64,000 nt of DNA from Octopus vulgaris. Lineage: Eukaryota. The stretch is taken from positions 26,474,001-26,538,000 of the forward strand of contig OX597824.1 of NCBI GenBank assembly GCA_951406725.2. The letters are read 5' to 3'. Shown here one piece after another: positions 41,230 through 55,650 of this stretch. The translations under genes were made by a program, and so were the position numbers. Numbering within the stretch: the first letter of the stretch is position 1; every line of letters begins with the position of its first letter. Below the pieces are notes generated by a model, which made no database searches, had not been told where the DNA came from, and saw only the letters and a program-made list of their open reading frames with translations.

Positions 41230-42778
41230 ATATAGAAAACAAACAATTCCCTTGCTAATCCAAGATTACGAAATAAGAAATACTTCTACTTTTCCTTTTC
41301 TGCAAGCCTAATACATAAAACCCTTTTTATTTTCGCCAAGTCAAAAAGAAGCTAATATTTGGACAACATGTGCAGCAAATACTATCAAATCAGCAATTCC
41401 CATATTGGATTCTAAATAGGCATTAGAAAGATAGAAGTCGATTTAAGAAGAGGCATAAATGCTTGTCGTATGAGCGGAAATAATATAGCGAATTTCCAGT
41501 AATCAAATTGTTAATTGTAATGGCTATCAAGAAGGGTCTTTCTCACTCGTTCTTTGTTATAGTTAATATTTAATATCTGGGGTCTCCCAATAGTGATCTA
41601 ACGAGGAGCCGTTAAAACTAAATTCTATTAGGAACATTTCTGAAATCCTTATAGCTCTTACCATAGTATTTAATTTTATTGATAACACTCGAGCAATTTC
41701 AGCGAAACAATGAGGCGAACGTTAGTAATGGCGCTCGTAAAAAGAAAAGTCAAACACAAATAAAGAATAGATGTGTGTATATGCGCATATATATACATGT
41801 ATATATCCATGTGTATACAACTGTGTGTTCATGTGTGGTGGGATCGGTATGTCTAATATGAATGGCTATAGAGTCGATTGCAGATCATAATTAAGTTAAT
41901 AGAGATGGTCATAAAAACATCGATGGCTGCAGAGTTGTTAATAAAGGTAAGCCTGCTAGAACAAAGATGGCGAATGTGTTGCGTTTAATAGAAGGAAGTA
42001 AATGAAAGCGTTACAAGCAACTTGTTTCAGGGTGAATACATATGTTCAGAGTGAAAGCCGCTAATTGGCCGAGTGAATGAGGTCTAGTGAGCTTTTGTTT
42101 CAAACTGCAGCGTTTATATCTAAATACCTGCCCTTGCGTTATTCTGTAGAACAACGGTCTCCTGGGGGGAAGAAACAGATACAACATTTCAATAGAAAAG
42201 AAGAGGAAGAAGAAGAAGAAGAAAGAAAGGGAAGGAACACAAGTAGAAGTGGAAGGGGTGAGGGTGGAAGCAAAGGACGAGAAAATGAGAAGGAGAAGAG
42301 GTCGAGTAAATTAACAGATGAAAACAATTAGCAATAATTAAGTTAGATAGTTTGAATCAATTACACGAACAATTGACATGCTTCTCTTTATTGTTACCCA
42401 TCTTCAAGCCACAACTTTCACTTTCATTTTCTCTCTCTCTCTCATATTTCTCCCTCTCTCTCTCTCTCTCTTTCGCCCACTCTCGCTTTCTCTCTCCTCT
42501 GTCTTTCTGTCTCTTCTCAATGGCTGTTTCTGTCTTTCTATATTTCCTGCTGCCTACTTCCCGGTTTTCTCCTCTCTCAAACCCTCTCTTTCTCCCCCTC
42601 TTTGATCACTTTCATGTTTCCACGCTATCACAGAATGCTATATGTTTAGCTCAATGGTCCACTGTCCAGTCTACTGAGCACTCTAATAACTATAAACTGG
42701 CCGTTTTACATAATTTCCCTCACATCTACTAGATTTATGACTTGCACATGAAAGGCTGCTGCTGCTGCTACTGCTGCT

Positions 42779-42829
<51 letters not shown>

Positions 42830-42975
42830 GATGATGATGATGATGATGATGATAACAACAATAACAACATCAACAACAGCAACAAAATGATAATAATAAT
42901 AACAACAACAACAACAATAATAACAATAATAACAACAACAACAACAACAACAATAACAACAACAACAACAACAAC

Positions 42976-43039
<64 letters not shown>

Positions 43040-43040
43040 G

Positions 43041-43612
43041 ATGCCCTGATGCAGTACCATGCCCTGATGCAGTATCAGGCAGTGGCTCTCATGGCTTCTG
43101 ATCTTAACTGATTGGAAGTGTTATCGTGTACATTGTTTTGTCTTGGTATAAAAGATGGGCTAACAGTAAATATTCTCAATACCACAGATTTTCTTGTCAG
43201 TTGCTTGACCTTAACCAGTTGAGCATGTCCCTTAGTGGCTGACGATATGTGTATCTCTGACCACGAGCAGATGTAGTGGGAGAGCATCATAGCCATGTGT
43301 TGAGAGGGATTCTTTGAGGTTTGAATAATTCATCTCGGGAAACATGAGTGTTTCGTTCAACATCCTTAAACAACCCTTATTTAGAGACCTTTTGAGCAGG
43401 ATGGGTTACTCGACCAGAAGAGAATTCTAACTGGGCTCCACCTGCAAAGTCATGTGCTATTTATCTTGATATGAGATCACCATGTCGCGCACATGTGGTT
43501 GTGATGCATGTGCCTAGTATACCCTTATCAGACTGGTAGTCATGATGGGTATACTGGGCTTCGTATATTTTACCCCAGTGTCACTTTGATGGCATGCACA
43601 GCTCTCCCACTC
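43041..43612 (+). mobile_element. ~570-bp non-coding interspersed repeat embedded in (AAT)n; probable 3' UTR or non-autonomous derivative of a TAA-targeting LINE
   Basis: Second copy inverted at 51781-52295; both end cactc-(AAT)n. Confidence 0.8.
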
Positions 43613-43668
<56 letters not shown>

Positions 43669-43705
43669 TAATAATAATATTAATAATAATAATAATAATA
43701 ATAAC

Positions 43706-43751
<46 letters not shown>

Positions 43752-43769
43752 TTAATAATAATAATAATA

Positions 43770-44134
43770 ATGGTTTCAAAGTTTGTCAAAAGGGCAGTAA
43801 TTTGGGGGATGAATCGATTACATCGATCCCAGTACTCAATGGATACTTATTTTATAGACCCCGAAAGAGTGAAAGGCAAAGTCGATCTCGGCAGAAGTTA
43901 AACTAAGAATGTAGAGATGGACGAAATGCCGCTAACCATTTTATTCTGGTCTGCTAACGATTAGGGGAGAGGTAAGTTGTTTACATCGACCCCAGTATTC
44001 AATGGATACTTATTTTATCGACCCCGAAAGGGGGAAAGGCAAAGTCCACCTCAGCGGAATTTTAACTGAGAACATAAAGACAGACGAGATAGCGCTAAGC
44101 ATTTTACCCGGCGTACTAATGCTTCCGCCAGCTC

Positions 44135-44135
<1 letters not shown>
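43770..44135 (-). mobile_element. Two SINE family B copies between (AAT)n arrays
   Basis: Core repeated twice. Confidence 0.85.
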
Positions 44136-44220
<85 letters not shown>

Positions 44221-44317
44221 TCTATATAAACTTCATCACAAAGAACAGTAGATTCCATCACCTCATTAAAACATACAAGGATAGCAATACGATCCAGATT
44301 AGATCCATCGTCTCCAG

Positions 44318-44720
44318 CGTGGAGTGGACGTGTGGTCTGCAGCTTGCTTACCAACAACATGGTTTCTGGTTCAGTCCCACTGCGTGGCACTTTGGGCAGG
44401 TGTCTTTTACTATAGCCCGGGACCGACCAAAGCCTTGTGAGTGGATTTGGTAGACGGAAACTGAAAAATGTATATATGTATGTATGTATGTATGTATATA
44501 TGTACAACTTAGCTGTACGGCAAAAGACAGCGACAGTATAAGTACCAGGCTTTAAAAATGTATCAGCTCCTTCCATCGTTTGCTAAACAGTGTTTGTATG
44601 TTTATGACCCTGCAACTTAGCGGTTCGGCGCAAGACAGTAATAGAATAAGTACCAGGTTTTTAAAAAATGTACTGTGATCAATTCATTCGACCAAAACTC
44701 TTGAAGGTGGTACCCCAGAC
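44318..44720 (+). mobile_element. SINE family A with a duplicated, diverged 3' part
   Basis: Intact head; aacttagc...ataagtaccagg segment occurs twice. Confidence 0.8.
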
Positions 44721-45365
44721 ATTGCAGTTCCCCGTTAGTTTTAGTTCCTTCAACTATAAAACCTTCGTGCTGTCATCACAAGAAGCAAATATTGGTTTCG
44801 CAGAGACTGTTCTAAATTTTAGTTTTGCGTAAAAGTTTTAAGAAATTATCTATAACGTAAATAAAATTGATTTGACGAATTCGCTGGAAGCTTATATCTT
44901 GTTATGCAGAACATGGAAAAATAAAAAATAAATAACACAGAAAGCACACAAAAGCGGAAAAACAGAAATGAACAGAATCACACCACCAGAACCCCCCCCC
45001 CCAAAAAAAAACAGAAACTTAAAATACAGTAATCATAATTGGTATAAAAAAATTCACAAAATACAACTAATAGAAATCTCTTAAGAAAAAACCATAAAAT
45101 CTACCCCCTTCTGCCTAATACAGAATTCTGATGAACCATAACTTGGGATACTACAAAATGATTATCAGGAGTTCCTCACTAATCTAAGGAACATTGCTAG
45201 CTTATGAATTATTCTTAGCCCGAATTGATAATCCCTCAATATTTGTTCTACATACATATACATACATACATACATACATACATTCACACACACACATATA
45301 TATGTTTATGTGTATCTATGCATGTATGTATTCATGTGTATACAATCACACACGCACACATACAT

Positions 45366-45411
<46 letters not shown>

Positions 45412-45414
45412 GTT

Positions 45415-45606
45415 ATATCCCCTTCTTCCTAGCTATCCTGACTGACCACCTCTGTCCGGCATTCGCCACGATTGATCGCTAGCCACTAGACCCTTTGTAT
45501 TTTCTCTCCCTGTTTATTTCTGTATTTCTTTCTGTTGAAGAGCTTAGACTCGAAATGTAAAAGACGTTCTCACTTCCCGAGCGTTGACCGAATACATCTG
45601 TTTGTT
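45415..45606 (+). mobile_element. Small pLTR-like repeat with a degenerate minimal hammerhead (45527-45564)
   Basis: Inverse homolog of 62760-63000; TCTTT CTGTTGA A GAGC ttag ACTC GAAAT GTA AAAGA. Confidence 0.65.
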
Positions 45607-45666
45607 ACAGAGAGAAAATTGAGAGGGAGAGAGAGAGAAGGAAAGAAAAGTGTGTGTGTGAATGTG

Positions 45667-45709
<43 letters not shown>

Positions 45710-46588
45710 CGAGAGAGAAGGAGGGAAAGAGAATGGTGGAGTTTCAAAGGAAGGTAATTTTTTACTGATAAAATCGAGTTATTTCCTTTTTCAATAAAGA
45801 ATTATAAAAATAAGGAGGAATTATGGATTTAGTACGTTACTGTACATTCCTCTACAGCTTCCTCTCACTTTGTTTTCCTATTCTCTCTCACACGTTGCCC
45901 AGAAATCAATTTGTATCGACTCGCTTAAAAAGACAATATTGTCAGTTACATCGGCTCCAATATAATCGTGATTTGTATTATGTTGACTTTAAGTGCAATG
46001 AAAAGATAGCACACGTGTTCCGATCGATGCAGTACGTACTTATCAGAATATATGCAGAAGTGATGATGGTTATAGCGGACCCGTACATCTGATGAAATCG
46101 TAAGGTCATCGTCTGAACATACAGCGTGTCTTAGACATTTTGAACAAAGGCGGGAGTCAGCTCTGTCTGTCTGTGTCTCTGTCTGCCTCTCTCTCTTGGT
46201 CTGAATGTAGATAACTTCTTCTAGAGAGAAAAGTGCGTGAGAAAGTGAGGCGTGGCTGTGTGGTACGAAACTTGTTTCCCGAACACATGGTTCTGAGTTC
46301 AGCCTTGCACGAGTGCCTTCTACTTATAGCCTCGGGCCTAGGAAAGCCTTTATTATGGATTTGGTTGGCGAAAACTGAAAGAAGCTCGTCGTATATATAT
46401 ATATATCCCAAGTTATGGTTGCCCGCTTCGTGGTAAGACCATAGCGGATCTACTTCTAGCATAAGGCTTGTCCACATAGTGGTCATCCATCTCATATGTA
46501 TGAAATACAATTTACTGAACCTTCAGTTTTTTTAATATGCTAGACATCAAATTAATATCCAATTTTTCACCCTCATTTTAACTTTAAT

Positions 46589-46634
<46 letters not shown>

Positions 46635-46697
46635 AACCCCACCTTTTATCAATTGAAAAGTGTTCATTTTGAATTGATAGAAGATGTTTTTTTTCCA

Positions 46698-46761
<64 letters not shown>

Positions 46762-46825
46762 TTTGTGAAATTTGATTTAGTATTTCTAAATTGAATTTTT
46801 CCCTGTAAGTTAGGAATTCCCTCAA

Positions 46826-46885
<60 letters not shown>

Positions 46886-46888
46886 TAT

Positions 46889-46937
<49 letters not shown>

Positions 46938-48459
46938 TGAAATGGAGTGGCATGGAGTAGGTAAAATCCAGGTTACATATGTCTCCTAGCTAGCAGAACC
47001 TCGGGAGTAGCAATTAGTGAACGAAGGTACAGCCTTAGTTGCTCATCGAGCTGAAGATATCTTAATTAAATACAGGTTATATTGTAGTCAAAGGAGGGAT
47101 CCTATCTACAAGATACTACAGGCGCACAGAAAAAAATACGCGAGTGCGCGCTAATATGCGTTTGTATAGGTTTACTATTAAGAGATAAACATCCAACTTA
47201 CCTAGAACTACTGTTTTCATATTGACCAGAGACATTACCTCCCATTTCCCTCTCTTTCTACCACTCCTGAATGTTCTAATTTTCTCCACCTCCTGGAATT
47301 CCTCCTCTTAATCTTTCGTTGATTCTGTTTAAATGTATATACAGGGTGCACAATATATTTATTTATCTATTTACAGCTGACATAGCAAATTATCCCAGCC
47401 TACATTCACAAAAATCATCCCCCGAGCTAGCTTCAATCTTACCAAATTACTCCCCTATTCTTCTCTCCTCTTTTTCTTTATTTTTATTCTTAACAGCATC
47501 AAATATTTGCCCAATCCCATATATTATTTCATCCTACTTGTGCCTTTCTTTTTTGTTCTCTCACTCTGTACTTTCCACTTATTTTCGATCAAATCTCCAG
47601 CGAGTTAGCTTAAGATCTCTTGACGACAATGTGACCTTCATTTACCTGAGGTACCTTCCGCCTGATGAGTAGGTAGAGGAGTATCCCTCGTTGATGAAGC
47701 TAGAGCTCCTATAACGTATATCTTCATAACTCAGAATTCTCTCTTTTCTCTCTTGTTCACAGCCGAGTATTTGTATTTCAACATGCAAACACACTCACAC
47801 ACAGATTTATATAAACACGCATACAAATACATATGCACACACATTAACATACATACGGATGTGTATATGTGCACATATATATATATACACATATACACCC
47901 ACATATATATACACGTACGTACATACAATCAAATATGCATACACTTATACACACATTTATATATATTCACGCGCATATACACAGACACATTTACAAAGAT
48001 ACAAATATATACGCACATACATGCAGACGTGTGCATACATACTCATATGCATACACACATATGGGTACACACAAATAACTACACACATATATGCATACAT
48101 GCACATACGTAAATATATACAGACACACACATACGCATACAGACATATATATATACAGATACGCACATAATATATATATGCATAGACATACACATGTATA
48201 ACTACACACACAAGTATTCCTACATATAGACGTACATAAACATACAGACACTTACACACGCACACACACTCACTCACACACGCACAGTACTCTCTCTCTC
48301 TCTCACACACACTCATATATATTGCACTAATGATTATGGATTTAAAATTTTTCATACACATAAATACACAAACAAATATAATATATATATACATATATAC
48401 GTGTGTGTATGTGAGTGTATTTTGTTGTGTTTGTGTATGTGTGTTGTGTGTGTGTGTGT

Positions 48460-48515
<56 letters not shown>

Positions 48516-49027
48516 GTGTGCAGGTGATTTGTAAGTGCGTTTATATATATGCCAAGGGAAAGACAGCAATGTATGACATAAATCAATAAAAACAAAATCT
48601 CTAAGAGTTAATATGAAGTGTCAAATATATTTTGTTTAAGAAGACGTTACTGGACAATGTCACGTCATCTAAATTCATCTTCATTCTATAACAACAACAA
48701 TATTAACAAAAGCAACAACAACAACATCGACAATAGTAATATTCTCAAAAATGTTATGAATAAAAAAAATGAAAATTTTTTATCAAGAACGTTGATATTT
48801 AACAATGAACTCGACCGTCATAGTTAATATCCCAAAGCCGTCGCCGCCACCACTGCCTCCATCGCTGCCGTTCCCGCTGCCGCCATCGCTGCGGCCAGCT
48901 GCAGCTGCAGCAGTAACAGTAGCAGTAGCAGCCGCAGCAGCAGTGCTACTGCCGTAGTACACGCAACAATATGACAACGATAACGCTACTACTGATACCA
49001 CTACAACTACTATTGCTGTTGGTACTA

Positions 49028-49065
<38 letters not shown>

Positions 49066-49093
49066 ACTACTACTGCCACTAGTGCTGCTGCTG

Positions 49094-49161
<68 letters not shown>

Positions 49162-49193
49162 ACTACTACTACTACGACTACAACTACAACAAA

Positions 49194-49229
<36 letters not shown>

Positions 49230-49330
49230 GACTACAACTACAACAAATACTACTACTACTACTACTACTACGACTACTGCTGCTGCTGATGCAGCTGCTG
49301 CTACTACTACTGCTAATAGTGCTGCTGCTG

Positions 49331-49379
<49 letters not shown>

Positions 49380-49771
49380 GACTACTACGACTACTGCTAC
49401 TACTGGTTTCAAATTTTGGTACAGGACCCGCAGTTTTTGAGGGGAGGGTTATGTCGATAATATCGACCCCAGTGCTAAATTGGTACTTTATTTTATAGGC
49501 CCCCGCAAATGTTGGCAATCGCCGTTGTTGACCTCCATTTAAAGGGTTCGCTATTCACATATCTGTAAACAACCACGCTGGAAACGGAGCGTTTAATTTA
49601 CAGCAATGGGGACTTTGTCTAAGAATACTGTCTACGTTCACTCTGAAGATTCATAAACTTTTGGTCTGCGTAGCCAACCAACCGAAACTGCGGATATTCT
49701 ATGCCATTTCTTAACTGATGACGCAACAAATATTCTATCTTGACACGATTTAGTTTTACCGATTCATTTTC

Positions 49772-50298
49772 GAGTGGCTGTGTTGTAAGTAGTTTGCTTA
49801 CCAAACACATGGTTCTGGGTTCAGTCCCACTGCGTCGCACTTTAGGCAAGTGTCTTCTTTTATATATTTCTTTACTGCCCACAAGGGGCTAAACATAGAG
49901 GGGACAAACAAGGACAGACAAAGGGATTAAGTCGATTACATCGACCCCAGTGCGTAACTGGTACCTTATTTATCGACCCCGAAAGGATGAAAGGCAAAGT
50001 CGACCTCGGCGGAATTTGAACTCAGAACATAACGGCAGACGAAATACGGCTACGCATTTCGCCCGACGTGCTAACGTTTCTGCCAGCTCACCGTCTTCTT
50101 TTATAGCCTCGGGCCAACCAAAGCCTTGTGAGTGTATTTGATAGATGGAAACTGAAAGAAGCCCGTCGTATATATGTATATGTATATATGTGTGTGTGTG
50201 CTTGTGTGTCTGTGTTTGACAACCGATGCTAGTGTGTTTACGTCTCCGTAACTTGGCGGTTCGGCAAAAGAGACCGATAAAGCAAGTATTAGGCTTAT
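49772..50298 (+). mobile_element. SINE family A interrupted by a family B copy
   Basis: Head at 49772-49864 resumes at 50093. Confidence 0.88.
49865..50092 (-). mobile_element. SINE family B, tail type A, full length with 13-bp TSD
   Basis: GTCTTCTTTTATA at 49852-49864 and 50093-50105. Confidence 0.93.
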
Positions 50299-50299
50299 T

Positions 50300-51530
50300 T
50301 TACTTTGACTGTTGCTTATTTTGCGCCATTATCATATTTTGACAGTCTTTATTTTTTGTGAGAAAGCTGACATTTATTTCTTTATTCCAACTTATTTTGT
50401 GATTTATAAAGTATTTATAAATCGTTTAGATAAGTCGGAAATTCGCACAGGTTTGAAATATGAGTTCTTTCTTGGAAATACAGCATCACAGACAGCTCAG
50501 AATATTAGGGAGTATTTAATTCTTATGATATTACACAGTAAACAGTATCAAATTGGTTTGCAAAGTTTCGTTCTGGTAACGTTGATCTCAGAAATGAGCA
50601 TAGCGGTCGATCAAAAACAAGGGTGGATAATAGCAAGCTGAAAGCCACCGTCAGATCCACCTCAAAGTGCCAGTGAATTATCATTGTTGTTTTGTGTTAC
50701 CAAGCAAACAATATTGACTCACCTAGTTCAAATCGGTAAAATGAAATTTGGATATGTGGGTTCCACATGAACTCAAGGAAAATCAGAAACAACAACGTTT
50801 GGAAACCTGCATTATGCTACTCTCTCATCACAAAAATGAATCATTTTTGAATTGAATTGTAACATGTGATGAGAAATGGATCCAATACAACAACCGTAAA
50901 TGTTCAGCACAATGGTTGGACATATACAAGCCATCAAAACACAGTCCAAAAAGTAAAATTCATCAAAAGAAGCTGATGGTGTGTGTTTGATGGTCTGGCG
51001 CAGGCGTGATCCATTATGATTTCATCAAACCTAGCTCATCAATCACGGCCAAAGTATACTGCCGCGAACTGGACCAAATGAAGCAGAAACTTACAAAAAA
51101 CCAAAAAAAAAAAAAAAAAAGCCTAGATTAGTCAACAGATCCACTCCTATTTTATTGCTAGACAACGCCAGACCACACATCGCAAAAATGGCATTGGCGA
51201 AACTACAAGAGTTAGAGTTGGAAGTTATCCATCATTCACCATACTCAACTGATCTTGCCCCCACTGACTACTAGCTTTTCCACAATTTAGATAACTTCTT
51301 GATCGGAAAAAAATTTAATTCTGATGATGCTGTAAAACAGTCCTTCCAAGATTTTATTGATTCTAGATGGCCAGGCTTTTACAGTTCCACGCTGGACAAG
51401 TTACCACTGAAATGGCGAAAGTGTATTGACGATATGGGTGCATACTTTGATGAATAAAACTATTCCTTGTGTTTATAAAACATTAGTAAACTTTTTTCCT
51501 TTTCTACAAATTTCATAATTGACGACCTAA
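50300..51530 (+). mobile_element. Decayed mariner (cecropia/Hsmar1-like), left TIR missing; transposase relic ~50420-51457
   Basis: LDKSEIRTGLKYEFFLG, WVPHEL, VTCDEKW, LDNARPH, PYSTDLAPTDY*LFHNLDNFL; right end ...attgacgacctaa|TA. Confidence 0.92.
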
Positions 51531-51697
51531 TAATATTTTGTTTACATCTGTTCCCTATTTCATTCTTTTTCTTTTGTACTTTTGACTGTGACCTGCCGGA
51601 GTTTGATAACATGCTCGCTGCCTGCCGTGTGCGACAACTCCACTGTTAATAGTTCCAATCCCGTTAACGCAATTGTGGTTATTATTTAATTTTGACA

Positions 51698-51753
<56 letters not shown>

Positions 51754-51780
51754 CATCATCATCATCATCATCATTATTAT

Positions 51781-52295
51781 TGAGTGAGAGAGAAGTACAT
51801 GTCATCAAAGTGACATTGGGGTAAAATATACAAAGCCCAGTATACCCATCATGACTACCCATTTGATAAAGGTACACCAGGCACATGCATATGTGCGAGA
51901 CATGGTGATATCATATCAAGATTAACAGCGCATGACCTTACAGGTGGGGCCTAGTTAGACTTTTCTTTAGGTCGCGTAGCCCACCCCGCTCAAAAGGTCT
52001 CTGATTAAGGGTTGTTTAAGAGTGTTGAACGAAGCACCCATGTTTCCAGAGGTGAATTATTCAAACCCGAAAGAATCCCTCTCAACACATGGCTATGATG
52101 CTCCCCTAGTATTTCTGCTCGTGATCAGAGATGCACATATTGTCAGCCACTAAGGGACATGGTCAACTGGTGTAGGTCAAAACAACTGACAAGCGCAAAT
52201 CTGTGGTATTAAGCAGAATATATTTGCTGTAGCCCATCTTTTATACCAAGACAAAACAATGTACACGATAACACTTCCAATCAGTGAAGATGAGA
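51781..52295 (-). mobile_element. Second copy of the (AAT)n-associated ~570-bp repeat
   Basis: Reverse-complement homology to 43095-43612. Confidence 0.8.
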
Positions 52296-52399
52296 GGTCG
52301 AATACACCGATCCTATTACCCAACTGTATCCTACCCAAAAGGCTGAAAAAGCGAAGTCGACCTCGGTGGCATTTGAACTCAGAACGTAAAGCTGGAAAA

Positions 52400-52845
52400 A
52401 AAAAATGAATTTGGTAATGATGATGACGACGACGACGACGAGAATAACAATGATGTTGATAATGGTGGCGAAGACATTGACGACGATGACAACGTGAGAA
52501 TTACGTAGATGACAACGATGATGATACTGATGATGATAATGTTGCAGCTGTTACTGCTGATTCTGATGCACATGATGCGATTTTGTCTATGATTGCTATA
52601 CATCATCATCGTCATCATCACCATTAGGATCATCATCATCATTATGATCATCATCATCACGGTCGTCATCGGCATGATAATGATGATGATGATGATGTTG
52701 ATGATGATGATGATGATTATGAATTTAAATCCTATTAGTAATATTATTAGCATAATAATAATAGTGATGGAATGAGGATGATGATGATGATGATAATCAG
52801 CATCATTATCATCATAAGAATAGCGATATTGATAATAATAATAAT

Positions 52846-52904
<59 letters not shown>

Positions 52905-52920
52905 CAACAATAACAACAGC

Positions 52921-52959
<39 letters not shown>

Positions 52960-53215
52960 AATAATAACAACAACAACGGTAATTATAAAAATAATTCTAT
53001 ATTTCTACTTCTGCTTCTTCTTTCTCTTCATCTTCTTTTTCTCTTCTTTTTCTTCTACTTCTGCTTCCTCTTCTTCTCCTTTATCTTAGTTCTTCCTCGT
53101 TTTCTTCCTCCTCTTGTTGTTGTTGTTATTGCTGCTGCTGCTGTTGTTGTTGTTGCTGTTGTTTTTGTTGACGTCGTCGTCGTTGTTGTTGCTGTTGTTG
53201 TTGCTGTTGTTGTTT

Positions 53216-53247
<32 letters not shown>

Positions 53248-53435
53248 CTTCTTCTTCTTCATCTTCTTCGCCTCCTCCTCCTCCTCTTCCTCTCCTCCTT
53301 CTTTTTCTTCTTCTTTTCCTTCTCCTTCTTCTTCTTCTTCTTCTTCTTCTTCTTCTTCTTCCTCTCCCCCTCCCCTTCCTCCTTCTTCTTCTTTTTCTTC
53401 TTCTTTTCCTTCTCCTTCTTCTTTTTCTTCTTCTT

Positions 53436-53466
<31 letters not shown>

Positions 53467-53704
53467 TCCTTCTTCTTCTTTTCCTTCTTCTTCTTCGTCT
53501 TCTTCTTACAACTGCTACACTTCTCAAGAGACAACGCCACCAACAAAATCACCATAAATAAATAATTGTTCTAGTGTTCGTCTCTGCCACCAAACTTCAC
53601 TATCAACGTTTTGATTTATTTAAAAATGAATTGAATAAAATTGCATCAATATAAACGAAATACAACAACAATACAAAAATTAACAATGAAGTTGATGGCG
53701 ATAA

Positions 53705-53780
<76 letters not shown>

Positions 53781-53936
53781 AGTAGGAATACTTCGAAACA
53801 GTGAATAAAATGACGAAAAAATATAAAACAAAAATAAAACTAAAATACCCCCACAAAACTACACAAGCAATTAAATAATCACGATAAATGATAGAAAAAC
53901 AAAAAGCGGCAGTTATAAATAATAATAATAATAATA

Positions 53937-53982
<46 letters not shown>

Positions 53983-54025
53983 TAATAATAATAATAAAAT
54001 AATGATAATAATAATAACGATGATG

Positions 54026-54066
<41 letters not shown>

Positions 54067-54138
54067 AATAATGATAATAATAATAATAATTATAATAATA
54101 ATGATAATAATAATAATAATTATAATAATGATAATAAT

Positions 54139-54188
<50 letters not shown>

Positions 54189-55004
54189 TAATAATAATGA
54201 TCGAAACAACAAATGTTGATAATGAAGATAAAAGAATGGTGATGATGATGTTGATGTTGATAATGATCCTCATTATTTTTGTTGTTGATATTGTTATTAT
54301 TTGTATTGTTGTTCTTGTTGTTGTTGTCATTTAAAATAGGAAAGCACACAAAACACTGGAATAATTTTTAAGAAACAGCAAAAAACGAAGAAGAAAAATG
54401 AAAATATAAAAACATGAACAAATAAAAGGAAAACAAAAGAAAAAAATGCATAGAAAAAATATATAAAAACGAAGAAAACAATTGATGAAAAATATGGAAA
54501 TGTTGAAAAAAACAAAGGAAAAAAAATAAGTTAAACGGGTAAAAGCATCTGACTACCACACAAAGATGCGGAGAAAAAAAGGGAGAGAAAATGAGAGAGG
54601 ATGAGAAGAGAAATATGGACAAGGACTACGACAACGATGACGGTGATGATGACGGTGGATGATGATGTCGATGATAATGATAATGATGGTGATGATAATG
54701 ATGATGATGATGATGATAGTGGGTGGTGGTGGTGGTGGTGGTGGTGGTGGTAGCGATAGTCATGATGACGACAGTAACGACTATGAGGATGATGATGATG
54801 GCGCGGGTGAGGTTAGTGGTGGTGGTGATAATCATGATGATGATGATGATGATGATGATGAAGATGATCTTGATGATGGTGATGGCTATAATGATGACGA
54901 CGATGCCGATGATGATGATTATGATAATGGTCATGATGACGATGATGATGATGACCTTGATGATGGCGGTGGCGATGATGATGATGATGATTATGATGAT
55001 TATA

Positions 55005-55039
<35 letters not shown>

Positions 55040-55604
55040 GATGATGATGATGATGATGATGAAGATGATGATGAAGATGACGACGTTGATGGCGATAGTG
55101 ATGATGATGATGGCCATGATGATGATGATCTTGATGATGGCGGTGGTGATGATTATAATATCGACGACGACGACGACGATGATGAATATAATGAAGGTGA
55201 AGACGACGATGATGACGATGAAGATAATGACTATTGCGATGATGCTGTTGACGATGATGATAATTTTTATGATGGCGGCGAGGATGAGGATGTGGCGAAG
55301 AGGAGATATAATTGTCAAAATTTGAAGTGAGAGATGGCTATTTAATAACTATTCTAACACGCTTTCCAGAATATTCTGCTTTAATTTAATTTCAAAAATC
55401 AATGAATCGCTGTCGTTAGCATTTTTGTTGCTGATGTTGCTGTGGTCATTATTGTTTTTTTTATGTGGTGGTGGTGGTAGTGGTGGTGGTGGTGGTGGTG
55501 GTGATGATGATAACGATGGGGATAATAATGACGATTATGATGTTGATGACCACTGAGGATTGTCTAAATGATTATGAGGAATAAAAGGAATGAGAAGAAA
55601 TAAA

Positions 55605-55650
<46 letters not shown>

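Noticed and set aside
47655-47730. CTGATGA hammerhead box in the (TA)n-adjacent segment 46935-47770
   Set aside because: No properly placed GAAA or stems I/III; the segment may be a PLE remnant but I cannot support it
54659-55330. 223-aa poly-Asp ORF (also 10539-10970) as an acidic biomineralisation protein
   Set aside because: (GAT)n repeat open in several frames, no signal peptide or splice evidence, embedded in a block of mixed triplet repeats
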